This document shows positions 44,126-57,167 of a stretch of 62,000 nucleotides of DNA, in pieces. How positions within the stretch are numbered: position 1 is the first letter of the stretch; the number at the start of each line of letters is the position of its first letter. A program made the position numbers and the translations under genes. A model generated the notes under the pieces. The model saw only the letters and a list, made by a program, of their open reading frames with translations, did not search any database and was not told the origin of the DNA. The DNA is from Octopus vulgaris (taxonomy: Eukaryota), in assembly GCA_951406725.2 (NCBI GenBank), contig OX597818.1:27796001-27858000 (forward strand), in the 5' to 3' direction.

Positions 44126-44367
44126 GTAAGTACAATCAATATTGTTAGTACATAGTATGATTTTTAAAATGATCTTAAAGAAAAACCAACAATCATGAAA
44201 TGTATATTCTCATTTAGTTTTTTAACATATTTCTACATGCATATGTGTGTGTGAGTGTGTTTGAGTCTATCTCATTAGTGTTTATTTTGGCAATATCACA
44301 ACAATACTAACATGATATAAATGTAATTTATAGCCATGATTTAAATTCTCGTATTAATTTCTTACAG

Positions 44368-44409
44368 ACACAGATGATATTTATGTCAATGTTTTAAGGA
44401 AACCTGATG
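44368..44409 (+). CDS. Tail exon B1: DTDDIYVNVLRKPD
   Basis: tttcttacag acceptor, G|gtaagt donor. 42 nt, phase 1-1. Confidence 0.85.
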
Positions 44410-44584
44410 GTAAGTACATAAGCAATCCATAAAAAAATCACATATTATATTTTATATTTAAGTATTGGTTTCTTATGTCAGGCTGCTAAGTTCTCTTCCT
44501 GTAAACAAACCAATACCCATTGTCAAGTGGTGATGGCAGTGGACAAGCACAAAGACATATATGCTCTCATATATATGTGTGTGT

Positions 44585-44624
<40 letters not shown>

Positions 44625-44657
44625 ATGGGTGTGTGTGTGTATATATATATTTCTTTT

Positions 44658-45385
44658 CGTCATTTAACTCCATTTTCTATGCTAGCATGGGTTGGATGGT
44701 TTGACCAGGGTCTGGGAAGCCAGAAGGCTGCACCAGGCTCCAGTCTGATCTGGCAGTGTTTCTACAGCTGGATGCCCTTCCTTACGCCAACCACTCTGTG
44801 AGTGTAATGGGTACTTTTTATGTGCCACTGGCATAGGGGCCAGAGGAGGCTGGCAACGTCAATGATCGGTTGGTGCCTTTTACGTGCTACCGGCATGGAA
44901 GCCAGTCAAGGTGGTGCTGGTATCAACCACATTCGGATGGAACTTTTTATGTGCCACCAGCACGGGTATCACAACTACAATTTCCATTTGATTTTCATTT
45001 TGATGTTGATGTACTTGATTCAATAGGTCTCCTCAGGCACAGCAGGTCACCCTACAATCCAAGGTACTTTTCAATGGGCTGGGGCTGGTTATACAAAACT
45101 AGTATAGGATACAGCTGTGAACTCACTTTATTTGCTGGGCCTTTGCAGTCAGAGCATATCTCAAGAGGTCTCAGTCTTTTGTCATTGCCTCTGTGAGGCC
45201 CAACGTTCGAAGGTCATGCTGGACCACTTCATCCCATGTCTTCTTGGGTCTACCTCTACTCTGGATTCCTTCAACTGTTTGGGAGTGGCACTTCTTTACA
45301 CATCTCTCCTCGTCCATCTGTAGTACATGACCATACCAACACAAACATCTCTTGCGTGCCACATCCTGTTCTTCTTATGTCCAAC
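44658..45385 (-). mobile_element. RTE LINE 3' fragment
   Basis: 3' UTR plus WYGHVLQMDEERCVKKC...GRPKKTW on the minus strand. Confidence 0.85.
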
Positions 45386-46676
45386 ATTACCCAGTGTAAG
45401 CTATGGACACATAAGAGGTGCAGCAATATCAAAGGAAGGCTAACTGGGAGGATAGTTTTTGTATGTGGCAGATGCTTAGGAGCAATAAATACTGAAAATG
45501 TGCAGAGAACAACTTCTGCCACATTCCAGGGAGAAAAACTAGAAGTAGTTAGCTTCCATTACCTAGGTGACCAAGTCAGTAGCAGGGGAGGGTGCACTGA
45601 AAGTGTACCTGCTAGAATAAGAATAGCCAGGGCAAAGTTCAGAGAGCACTTACCTCTGCCAGTGACAAAGGGCCTCTCACTCAGAGTAAAACGTAGACTG
45701 TATGAAGCATGTGTACAAACGGGCATGCTACATAGCAGTGAAACATGAGCCGTGACTGCTGAGGACATGCGTAAATTCACAAGGAATGATGTATGTGTAA
45801 TGTCAGTGTGCATACTTGACAGCGTGTGAGTACCTTGAGAGAAAAGTTGGACCTTAGAAGCATCAGATGTATTGTGCAAGAGAGGTGACTGCGATGGTAT
45901 GGTCACATGGCAAGAATGGATGAGGATAGCTGTGTGAAAAAGTGCTACACCCTAGCGGTTGAGGGAACCTGTGGAAAAAGTAGACTCAGGAAGACCTGGG
46001 ATGAGGTGGTGAAGCATGACCTTCGAACATTAAACCTCACCAAGGCAATGACTAGTGACTGAGACCTTTGGATGTATGCTGTGCTTGAGAAGACCTGGCA
46101 AGCCAAGTGAGACCATAAACTTGTGGCCTATGCCAGGGGTGTAACCAGCCCACTTATGTATACCTTTCCTTTATTGGATACTAAACACTGTTGACGCAAG
46201 TGAAATCGAAATTGAAATCAAATTTGAGGACTTGCATCCGTGCTTGTGGAGTGCTAAGAGCATCATCTGAGCATGATTGATGCCAGAGAAGTTGACTGGC
46301 TTCTGTGCTGGTGGCATGTAAAAAGCACCATTTGAGCATGATCATTACCAGCATTGCCTTACTGGAACGTGAAAAATCATTTGAGCAAGGTTGCTGCCAT
46401 TGCCGCTGGACTGGCTCCTGTTCAGGTGGCATGAAAAAAACACCATTTGAGCATGGCCATTGCCAGTAGTGCCTGACAGGCCCTCGTGCCAGTGGCTCAT
46501 AAAAGCACCCACTACACACTTGGAGTTGTTGGCATTAGGAAGGGAGGGCATCCAGCAGTAGAAACTCTGCCAGATCAGATTGGAGCCTGGTGCAGCCATC
46601 TAGTTCGCCAGTCCTCAGTCAAATTGTCCAACCCATGCTAGCATGGAAAGCGGGCGTTAAACGATGATGATGATGA
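45386..46676 (+). mobile_element. RTE LINE 3' fragment, head-to-head with the previous copy
   Basis: TQCKLWTHKRC...FHYLGDQ, then the 3' UTR ending cgttaaacgatgatgatg. Confidence 0.85.
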
Positions 46677-46992
46677 CACTTATATATTTATACATGTCTT
46701 TTTTACATGTTTGTGTCCTAAGACTGTGGCCATGCTGGGGTCTTCATTCAGTTTCCCTCGACCAAATTCACTCACACAACTTTCATTGGCCCAAGTCTAT
46801 AGTAGAATACACATGTTGTAGGACTTAACCCAGAACCACATGTTTCAGAAGTAGACTTCTTATGACAAATACACATCTGCAAAATGTTGAGAATGGCAAA
46901 ATCTCATAATATGTACAAGCAACTGCTGGTAGACAATCCTACTCAGTTTTGATATTCTACCCTTTTATTGGTCCTTACCTTTCATAATGCAG

Positions 46993-47033
46993 TATATAAG
47001 CACATATGTGATGAGAATCCATTATATGAATAA
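46993..47033 (+). CDS. Candidate terminal coding exon T: VYKHICDENPLYE*
   Basis: Pyrimidine-rich tract then taatgcag acceptor. The phase-1 frame is open to TAA and contains NPLY. The stop overlaps a locally repeated sequence, so it may be chance. Confidence 0.4.
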
Positions 47034-47813
47034 ACTAAATAATTATATGACTAATATTGAATACAATAGATGCTTGCCCACACATGAGACACAAAGTATT
47101 AAAGAGATATGCAATGGAGATGCCACATGTAAACAAACACTGGAACTGAATATAGAAAAAGGACAATGGAGTATATGCCATATTTCAGGAGTTCTTGCCC
47201 TTTTATCAGCACCTATCCAACCCATTAATCATCTACGAATTCATTGTTTGAATAACCACTATATCTAATTCATTGTTGGTTTACATCTGGCATATCAGGT
47301 ACGAATTGTTGTAACAAAATCACTGCTTTATTTATATGAATAAACTAAATAATTATATGACTAATTTTGAATGCAATAGATGCTTGCCTACACATGATAC
47401 ACAAAGTATTAAACAGATATGCAATGGTGAATGTGATCAGCTTTAGTTGTTGAGTATACAAAGTTACTCTCGCTTGTCGATTACTCTAGCAAGAAAGAAA
47501 CCTTAGAAACAATCTAATTTCTATAAATGTATTTGTGAGTGGCTACATCATCATTTTTAATTATCAGTTTAAATATTTAAGTGACAGAATCAGTACAATA
47601 TTGTACTCTAACATTGATGGAGTAAAAATTAGTGTCAATATATTCTGTGATCAAAGCCCATTGAGGTAAGAGACTGATAGATAAAGTACTAGGCTTAAAA
47701 ATGTATGTAAAGTAAGTGCTGAAGTTTACTTGTTACTTTCTGTGCAAAAGCAATATATTTAAAAACATTCTCCCCAAACAATAATGATGCCCACTTTTAT
47801 TTCACTTTTAAAG

Positions 47814-47873
47814 GTGAGAGAGAGCAAGATTCTGAAGATAGTGAGCCCAGATATTTACCTATGAAACACCCAG
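47814..47873 (+). CDS. Tail exon A2: GEREQDSEDSEPRYLPMKHP
   Basis: Intact aag acceptor and gtaagt donor. 60 nt, phase 1-1. Confidence 0.75.
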
Positions 47874-48113
47874 GTAAGTACAATCAATATTGTTAGTACA
47901 TAGCATGATTTTTAAAATGATCTTAAAGAAAAACCAACAATCATGGAATGTATATTCTCATTTAGTCTGTTAACATATTTCTACATGCATATATGTGTGT
48001 GTGAGTGTGCTTGAGTCCATGTCATTAGTGTTTATTATGGCAATATCGCAACAATACTAACATGATATAAATGTAATTTATAGCCATGACTTAAATACAT
48101 TGATTTCTCATAG

Positions 48114-48155
48114 ACATGAATGATGTTTATGTCAGTGTTTCAAGGAAACCTGATG
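48114..48155 (+). CDS. Tail exon B2: DMNDVYVSVSRKPD
   Basis: ttctcatag acceptor, gtaagt donor. 42 nt, phase 1-1. Confidence 0.75.
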
Positions 48156-48396
48156 GTAAGTGCATTAGCAATCCATAAAAAAATTACATGCACTGGAGCA
48201 AGAGTTAGCAAATATCATGGTTCAGTGTTTCATTAAGCAGTATAGTCAGTTTAATGTATGCCTTTTATCATTTACTTGTCTCAGTCATTGCACTGCAGCC
48301 ATGCCAATGCCTTGAAGGGTTTAGTTCAACAAATATTGGTTTATCATGCCAGACTGCTAAGCTCTCTTGATATAAAGAAACCAGTATCCATTATCA

Positions 48397-48704
48397 AGCA
48401 TCATCTGAACATGGCCAATACCAGTGCTGCCTTGACTGGCTTCTGTGCCAGTGGCACGTAAAAAGCACCAACCAATCGTGGCCGTTGCCAGCTTCACCTG
48501 GTACCTGTGCCGGTGGTACGTAAAAAGCACCCATTACACTCACGGAGTGGATGGTGTTAGGAAGGGCATCCAGCTGTAGAAACACTGCCAGATTAGACTG
48601 GAGCCTGGTGCAGCCTCCTTGCTTCCCAGACCCCAGTCGAACCGTCCAACCCATTTTAGCATGGAAAACGGACGTTAAACGATGATGATGATGATGAATG
48701 ATGA
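48397..48704 (+). mobile_element. RTE 3' UTR fragment, tail-to-tail with the large RTE
   Basis: Ends cgttaaacgatgatgatg about 15 nt before the minus-strand (CAT)n tail. Confidence 0.85.
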
Positions 48705-48717
48705 TATATTTTATATA

Positions 48718-51700
48718 CATCATCATCATCATCATCATCGTTTAGCGTCCGTTTTCCATGCTAGCATGGGTTGGACGGTTCTACTGGGGTCTGTGAAGCC
48801 AGAAGGCTTCATCAGGCCCAGTCAAATCTGGCAGTGTTTCTACGGCTGGATGCCCTTCCTAACGCCAACCACTCCGTGAGTGTAGTGGGTGCTTTTACGT
48901 GCCACCCGCACTGGTGCCAGACAGAGCTGGCAAACGGCCACGAACGGATGGTGCTTTTATGTGCCACCGGCACGAGGGCCAGGCGAGGCTGGCAACGGAC
49001 ACGAAACGGGGCGGTGCTGGCAACGGTCGCGAAACGGAAAGTTCTCTTACATGCCACCGGCACTGGTAACACATCTGCAATTTCCATTGATCGATTTCCA
49101 TTGATCGATTTCGATTCTGATCCTCACTTGCCTCAACGGGTCTTCACAAGCAGAGTTTCGACATGCCACCGGCACTGGTAGCACATCCGCAATTTCCATT
49201 GATCGATTTCGATTCTGATCCTCACTTGCCTCAACACATCTTCACAAGTAGAGTTTTGTGTCCCAAGAAGGGAAGGTATGCATACGTAGGCTGGCTCCAT
49301 CCCATGTAGAAGGCCACGGGTTATGGACTCACTTGTCCTGCCGGGTCTTCTCGCGCACAGCACACTTCCAGAGGTCTCGGTCTCTAGTCATTTCCTCAGT
49401 GAGACCTAAAGTTCGAAGGTCGTGCTTCACCACCTCGTCCCAGGTTTTCCTGGGTCTGCCTCTTCCACAGGTTCCCTCAACCGCTAGGGTGTGGCACTTT
49501 TTCACACAACTATCTTCATCCATTCTCGCCACATGACCATACCAGCGCAAACGTCTCTCTTGCACACCACAACTGATGCTTCTTAGGTCCAGCTTTTCTC
49601 TCAAGGTACTTACACTCTGCCGAGTGTGAGTACCGGCATTACACATCCATCGGAGCATACTGGCTTCATTTCTAGCGAGCTTACGCATATCCTCAGCAGT
49701 CACGGCCCATGTTTCACTGCCATGTAGCATGGCTGTTCGTACACACGCATCATACAGTCTGCCTTTCACTCTGTGCGAGAGGCCTTTTGTCACCAGCAGA
49801 GGTAAGAGCTCTCTGAACTTTGCCCAAGCTATTCTTACTCTAGCAGTTACACTTTCAGCACACCCGCCCCCGCTGCTGACTTGGTCACCTAGGTAACGGA
49901 AACTATCAACTATTTCTAGTTTTTCTCCCTGGAAAGTGACGGAAGTTGGTCTCAGAGCATTTTCAGTGTTTATTGTTCCTGAGCATCTGCCACATACAAA
50001 AACCATCTTCCTAGTTAGCCTTCCTTTGACATTGCTGCATCTCTTATGTGTCCATAGCTTACACTTGGTGCATCTTATAGAGTTTCTACCTACACCTTTT
50101 CTACAGATCGAGCAGGGCCATCTACCTGAAGGTGTTTGTGATTTGTCTACCTTCCTACTGATTACGACTTTGGTTTTAACTAGATTGACTCTGAGGCCCT
50201 TCGATTCTAATCCTTGTTTCCACACCTGAAACTTCTCCTCCAGTTCTGATAGCGACTCAGCAATTAGAGCAAGGTCATCAGCATAGAGGAGCTCCCAAGG
50301 GCATCCTGTCTTGAATTCCTCCGTTATTGCCTGGAGGACTATGATAAATAGGAGGGGGCTGAGTACTGAGCCTTGGTGGACTCCTACCTCTACCCGGAAT
50401 TCTTCACTGTACTCATTTCCAACCCTCATCCTACTAGCGGCGTCCCTATACATGGCCCGCACAGCTCTCACTAACCATTCATCTATCCCTAGTTTCCTCA
50501 TTGCCCACCAGGTAAGGGATCGGGGGACCCTGTCGAAGGCTTTCTCCATGTCAACAAAAGCCAGGTACAGGGGCTTATCTTTGGCTAGGTATTTCTCCTG
50601 CAGCTGCCTTACCAGGAATATAGCATCAGTAGTACTTTTCCCTGGCACAAACCCAAACTGCATCTCATCTAAACTAACTCTCTCTCTAATTAGTTGGGCT
50701 ATGACCCTCTCCGTAACCTTCATCACCTGGTCCAACAGCTTGATACCTCTGTAGTTATTTGTATCTAGGGCATCACCTTTACCTTTGTAGCAGTTGACTA
50801 TTATACTGCTACACCAGTCATTGGGTATGACCCCTTTGTGTATCACCTGATTAACTATACGGGTGACTAGGCATTTTGAGCATCTCTGCAGTGATTCCTG
50901 ATGGGCCTGGGGCTTTCCCTGTCTTCATGCTTCTAATTGCCTTAGCTACCACGGAACTATCAACTCGGATAGCTGGTCCCTCTGTTGGGTCAACATTTGG
51001 CAGACTCTCTTTATCCCATTCATTTTCTTCATTCAGCAACCTTTCATAGTGGCATCTCCAAACCTCTCTCTTTGCATCCTCATTTAGCGCAAGTGAACCA
51101 TCTTCCATGCGAACACACTTCTCTCCTACCACATCACGATTCTCTCTCACACACTGTCTTGCAACACGAAACACCTCCAGTCTTTGGTCCTCACGGCGCA
51201 GAACATTGGCAAATTTTTTCTTATCTGCTTCCCCTCTGGCTAAATAAACCTGTTTCCTAGCTTCTCTTTTGGCAGTCTGATACAATTCCCTGCTACCCCC
51301 ATTTTTCCAGACCTTCCAAGCCTGTCTCTTTTCTCTAATAGCCCTGTCTACAATATTGTTCCACCACCACGTTATTCTAGGTTGAGAGGGGACTTTGCAC
51401 CAGCCACAGATCTGGTCAGTGGCTCTCAGCAGGTTGTCCCTTAGAAACGTCCAGCTGTCTTCTACCCCCTGTGATGCTCTATCCCCTTCTACTTCGTCAG
51501 AGGCTTCAAGTAATATGTCCCTAAATCTCTGTCCATTTGCAGGATCTTTAAGCTTCCAGATCCTTCTTCTCCATATTTGTCGTCTTCTGGTTGTCCTCCT
51601 AGTCCTGATCCTAAAGTCACTAACTACCAGTCTATGTTGTGGGGTACATTCTTCACCTGGGAAGGTTTTGGCATTTATAAGCAGCCATCTCTCCCTTTGC

Positions 51701-52284
51701 CTTGTAAGGATGTAGTCAATTTGGCTGGTATGTTGGCCCGATTGGTAAGTGACTAGGTGGCTGGTAGGTTTCCTGAAGTTAGTGTTGCAAATCATAAGAT
51801 TATTTGCATCGCAGAACTCCAGCAGCCTGGTTCCCTCCTCGTTGCGGGAGCCATAGCCATAGCCTCCATGTACGCCATGGAAGCCCCCAGCATGTCGTCC
51901 AACGTGACCATTGAAGTCACCAGCCACAAAGATAAGGTCTCTGTCGTTCGTCAACGAGGTAGTCTGCAGTAGAGTGTCATAGAATCGGTCTTTCTGTCCA
52001 TCGGGTAGCCCCGACTGAGGAGCATAGGCTGATATAATGGTTGCTAAACTATGATGAAGCACTAATCTAATCTTAAGTATTCTGTCACATACTCTGATTA
52101 CCTCAATTACTTTATCTACCCATTTCTCAGCGATAAGTATACCCACGCCACCAACCCCGTCAGTGTTCCCTGCCCAGAAAATCTTGTACCTGCGTTCCTT
52201 GCCTGTGAGGAACCTAGCTGATCCTCCTCTCCACCTTATTTCTTGCATGCAACATATATCCACACATCTCCGTTCAAGCATCTC

Positions 52285-52287
<3 letters not shown>
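48718..52287 (-). mobile_element. Near-full-length young RTE-clade LINE (APE endonuclease and RT), slightly 5'-truncated, one frameshift
   Basis: ORF 50851-52281 has CMQEIRW, AYAPQSG, AGDFNGHV, QIDYIL and HRLVV. ORF 49329-50846 has YRGIKLL, FVDMEKAFD, HQGSVLSP, YADD and YLG. No stops within either ORF. Confidence 0.95.
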
Positions 52288-52331
<44 letters not shown>

Positions 52332-52612
52332 CTTTTCCTTCTAAATGTGGAGTATATGAAACAGGTACATCTAAAGAAAGGGAGTATTCTTTATGTTGTA
52401 TGTCTCATTTCTCTGTTTTTTTAATAATTGTTCGAAAAAGTTCATTTCTATGGTTTTGCTTTTATGTTTCCATTTCTCATTCTGTTCCACGTTTTTTCGA
52501 TGTCCTGTACCCATATATGCATGTATGTAGGTATGTGCATATATGTAGGTATATGCATATATGTAGGTATGTACATATATGTATGTATATATGCATATAT
52601 TTATATACTATT

Positions 52613-52653
<41 letters not shown>

Positions 52654-52689
52654 AAATAAAAAAAAGGAAAATACACACACTTACATAGT

Positions 52690-53262
52690 TTTAATATAAT
52701 TTTTAATATATCAACCGGTTTCGCTATCGCTATTCATGATATTATGTTTTACTTATTTGAATATATATTTTTTCTTAAGAAGAAATTTTGTCCATATTGA
52801 GTGTGATGAAATTCACGAGTGAATGACTTCACAAGTAGATAAATAAAGGGAGGTAATTGGTTGTCGTTATTATTGTTATTGTTGTGGGTAAGGGAGATAA
52901 CTCTTTAGCTTTCGGTAATGGGTGGAGATTAGATATGTGTACAGACAGAGACAAGTTTCAAAAACCTTGTTTAGTAGGGGATTTATGTACAGTGATGTAA
53001 TTGTGAATTGAAATACGTAAAAAGATAAAAGTTGGTTATGCATGCATATTTAGATGTGTTTTGTATTTTTCAATGAAAAAAGTTTCTTTATTTAAACGTT
53101 CCAGTTGAGAGATTGCGTCTTTGCACTGGTAGAAAGGGAAGACTGTGAAATTTGGTTTGAGGTTACCTGCACATTTTTCTATATGTTCACTGTATTGTGG
53201 GAAATGGATTTGCTCAAGGTCATACTTGATTGTCCAATATAGTGGTGTCCGCAACACGAGCA
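52690..53262 (-). mobile_element. Penelope-like element 3' fragment (GIY-YIG C-terminus)
   Basis: QIHFPQYSEHIEKCA...FTVFPFYQ...KETFFIEKYKTHLN, and gaaaccggtt in the downstream terminal region. Confidence 0.6.
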
Positions 53263-53329
53263 GGTTATTACATAAATTAGAAAGTTTTTCGAAAATCTTA
53301 ACCTAAGTATTACTTATGAATATAACACT

Positions 53330-55000
53330 AAGATAGTTAATTTTTTAGATACTACTTTAGATTTAAACTCGAAATTGAATTACCCATATAGGAAAGATGG
53401 TGAAATTACTAGATATGTGAATAAATTATCAAATCACCCCCAAATATATTGAAATCGATAGTTAAAAGTATTTCGAGAAGAATTACTAAATTATCATCTA
53501 ACAATGAAATTTTTAATTCCCATTCATATCATTACAATGATACCTTGGCTAGAGCAGGATATAACCAAGAAATTGCCTTCCTCGATCTTGAGAATCTAAC
53601 ACTTTCAAATAAGAAAATGAATAAAAATAGCTCAAATAATATAAAATCTTCAAATTTAAACAAATATGAATCAACCCAAACCGATAACCTATCATATAAA
53701 TCTGATACAAATAGCAGAAATAGCGGACAAGACACAAATAGGTATAAAAAACTTAAGTTAAATAAAATAAATGTAAATGAAAATCTAAAAATTACTCCTA
53801 CTGATAAAAAACCCCAATAAATATATATATATAAGACTGAAAATAATAACAAAATTCTTAGGAATATAGATAGCACTAATCTATCCCACCCTTACTTAAA
53901 TAAGAAATTCAAAAATAAAAATATCATATGGTTGAATATACCTTTCAACTAGGTAATATCTACGAATATATATAGCAAATTTATGTCCATATTAGAAACA
54001 AACTTCCCTACTTCCCATAAATATAATGAAATATTTTCTCGTAAAACAGTTAGAATATCATACTCTACTCTACCAAATATAAGTACCATCATAACTAAAT
54101 TAAATAGAAAAAATATTAAACTAGCCAGAAATGTTGGAAATAACAATAATAATAATAATAAAGGTAAAGATAATAATAATACTAATAATGATAATATTAA
54201 TATAAACAATAATAATAATTATAATAATAATATCAATAATAACATTAATAATGAGAATGATACTAACAATAATAATAGAAATAAAAATAATAATTATATG
54301 AATAGAAATAAAAATAATAAGATATTTCTACTAATGAAAATAATATTATTGAAATTGACGAGGTGCATGATATAAATGATATTAGGACCAATAATATAAA
54401 TGTTATTGAATACAGTTCCAGTACATATGAATGCATAGATACTACTTGTATACCCGATGGTAATAAAATAAACTTATTTGATAAGACAGTAGAGGAAAAA
54501 TTAGAAACTAATAGTCAAAACCATAACTTACCTAATAATATAATTATAGATAATGATGAAACTCTTAATGTTAATAATGGTTTTAATAACAATAATAAAA
54601 GCAACTTATTTCCAAATAATACTAATATCAAAAATCATTCCCCTAGTTGTAATTGTAGAACTAAGTCCCACTGTCCGGTATCTGGTCCAAAACGTATTAC
54701 ATAAATATACAGTAATGACTTCAACAAATAACTATATTTACTTTGGTTGCACAATAGATCTGAAGAAATGTATAAACAATTACAATTCATCCTTTAGACT
54801 TAAACTTAAGGCAAGTTGCACAACATTATCTAATAAAATTTGGGAGTTAAAAGAAAATAAAATTAGATTAGCCTTAAATGAGACATAGTAAAAAAAATAG
54901 TAGAGATGGATGTGAGCTTTGCTCTAAGGAGATATATGAAATTTTGAAACATAGGGATAATTTAAACTTATTAAATAACCATTTTGAACTGGGAGTATTG
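53330..55000 (+). mobile_element. Decayed Penelope-like element (RT thumb, Asn-rich linker, GIY-YIG)
   Basis: SRRITKLSSNNEIFN...LARAGY, IIWLNIPF, VRISYSTLPNI, CNCRTKSHCP, YIYFGCT, LSNKIWELKE. Confidence 0.85.
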
Positions 55001-55342
55001 TGTATATATTGTACTACTTGTACATTTAAATATTTTTAAAAATAGCATTCTGTTATTCCTAAATTTTAGATCTTAATGTTTTTTATAAATCAATAAGGAA
55101 ATAGCATACCCTGCTACTTTTTAGTATTTAATAAGAAATAGTTATTAAGAAATTTTAATAACGTAAGCAAATTGAATAAAGTTAAATAAAATTTTTTAAA
55201 TTTCTATAATACATAAATTCTATATATCTAATGAAGTTATTAAGTTGTATACTTACTCCACAATAAGTTTTAAAGATTTGGTAATTTTCATATCTATTTC
55301 TGCGAGAATTCTACTCCACCTAATCATTTTCAATATTATAAA

Positions 55343-56490
55343 CTATAACTGGTTGAAGTCCTTTATTTTCGGCCGAAAAGAGGTTGTCACAGTTCTAGGA
55401 CAGCACTCTTCACCCTATGAGATGACATCTGGTGTACCACAGGGATCTGTTGTTGGCCCCCTTTTATTTGTTGCATATGTTAATGACATAGATGCCAACT
55501 TAAAGAATGCCACAGTGCTGAAATATGCAGATGACATGAAGCTATACCTCGAAATAAAGAGGTCAGATCCTGTACACTATAGATCTCTATTGCAAGCAGA
55601 CCTGGACACAATGCAGCAGTGGATCATGGACTGGCAACTCAAGCTGGCTGTAGACAAATGTACCACCATGCATTTTGGGAGGAGAAACCCAGAATCCACC
55701 TATTCCCTCCACAACACTAATCTCAAAAAGTCTTCGTGTGAACGTGACCTGGGTGTTATTGTCGACAGTGATTTGCGTTGGACAAAAGACATCACTAAAA
55801 TTGTCAAGAAGGCTGAGGGTGTCTTGGCATCACTCACCAAATCCTTTGTGAGCTGCTCTCTGACTATCTATCTGCGGCTTTATATAGCTATGGTAAGACC
55901 TCACCTGGAATTTGCATCACCGATCTGGAACTCCTATCTTGCCCAGGATATCAATCGTCTGGAAGCCGTTCAGTGACGTGCAACCAAAAGAATACCATCC
56001 ATCAGGCATTTGCCATATTCTGAATGCCTTACTTTCCTGGGCATGGACACATTGAAACTCCGACGTCTGGCAGCTGACTTGGCAGACACCCATAAAATTA
56101 TCAACCATCTTACAAACGATAACTCTGATCACCTTTTCAAACTCCACCCATCTAACACCCGTGGACATATTTACAAAGTCAGAAAACAGCACAGCTCCCA
56201 TGACTTTAGGAAACATTTTTTCACGCTGGGAGTTGCTGAAGCATGGAACAAACTGCCGGCATCGGTTGTTAGTTGTCGGAGCACTGCATCCTTCAAAACT
56301 TCCATGCTTTCTGAGATTCACCAACACTACACCTGATTTCCTCCCCTTCATACACACACAAGCATGTATCTGATTCATACATTGTTCGCTTTCCAGGCAT
56401 TTGTACATTACTGCATACATTTATACACACATTCTGACAAGTTGTGGTGCACCTGAGCACTGTATGCAATAATTTCATTATTATCATTAC
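55343..56490 (+). mobile_element. 5'-truncated CR1-clade LINE
   Basis: SGVPQGSVVGPLLF, KYADDMKLY, ERDLGVIVD, VRPHLEFASPIW, one stop at 55974, then RRLAADL...TRGH...WNKLP and an AT-rich tail. Confidence 0.88.
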
Positions 56491-57167
56491 TTATGTTTTC
56501 AGAAATTATCTTTCAAAGCATTAATGACATCTAGAGACAAGGCCTTTTGTTAACCAAACACAATAGAGTACAAAGTATATTAAACCATTTTATAAGTCCG
56601 CACTACTGAGGTAGCTGTGCACTTAAATAATGTGTTCAGGTCATCTCTACCGTTTTTCTGTAGGAATTACAACCAGCATTGATTTCATTATGACATTTCG
56701 TATCTGAGATGTCACGTAAACAAACACTGGAACTGAATATAGAAAAAAGGGAATGGAGTATATGCCATATTTCAGGAGTTTTTGCCCTTTTATCAGCACC
56801 TATCCAACCCTTTAATCATCCATGAATTCATTGTTTGAATAACCACTATATTTAATTCATTGTTGGTTTACATCTGGTATGAAATGTTGTAACAAAATCA
56901 CTGCTGTATTTATACGAATAAACTAAATAATTATATGACTAATATTGAATGCAATAGATGCTTGCCTACATAGGATACACAAAGTATTAAACAGATATGC
57001 AATGGTGAATGTGATCAGCTTTAGTTGTTGAGTATCCAAAGTTACTCCTGCTTCTTGATTACTCTAGCAAGAAGGAAACCTTAGAAACAATCTAATTTTT
57101 ATAAATGTATTTGTGAATGGCTACATCATCATTTTTAATTGTCAGTTTATATATTGAAGTGACGGAA

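Larger units (their letters stand above)
46983..48260 (+). repeat. Segmental tandem-duplication block, near-identical to 57534-58810 (offset 10551)
   Basis: A2/A4 (47814/58365) and B2/B4 (48114/58665) align at the same offset, with only a few visible substitutions. Confidence 0.9.

Noticed and set aside
46987-47268. Duplicated 93-aa ORF (also within 57496-57819), and the APIQP...NNHYI* sub-exon
   Set aside because: The frame is not conserved in the sister units at 56.8, 59.8 and 61.4 kb (indels and stops). The identity only reflects recent duplication.
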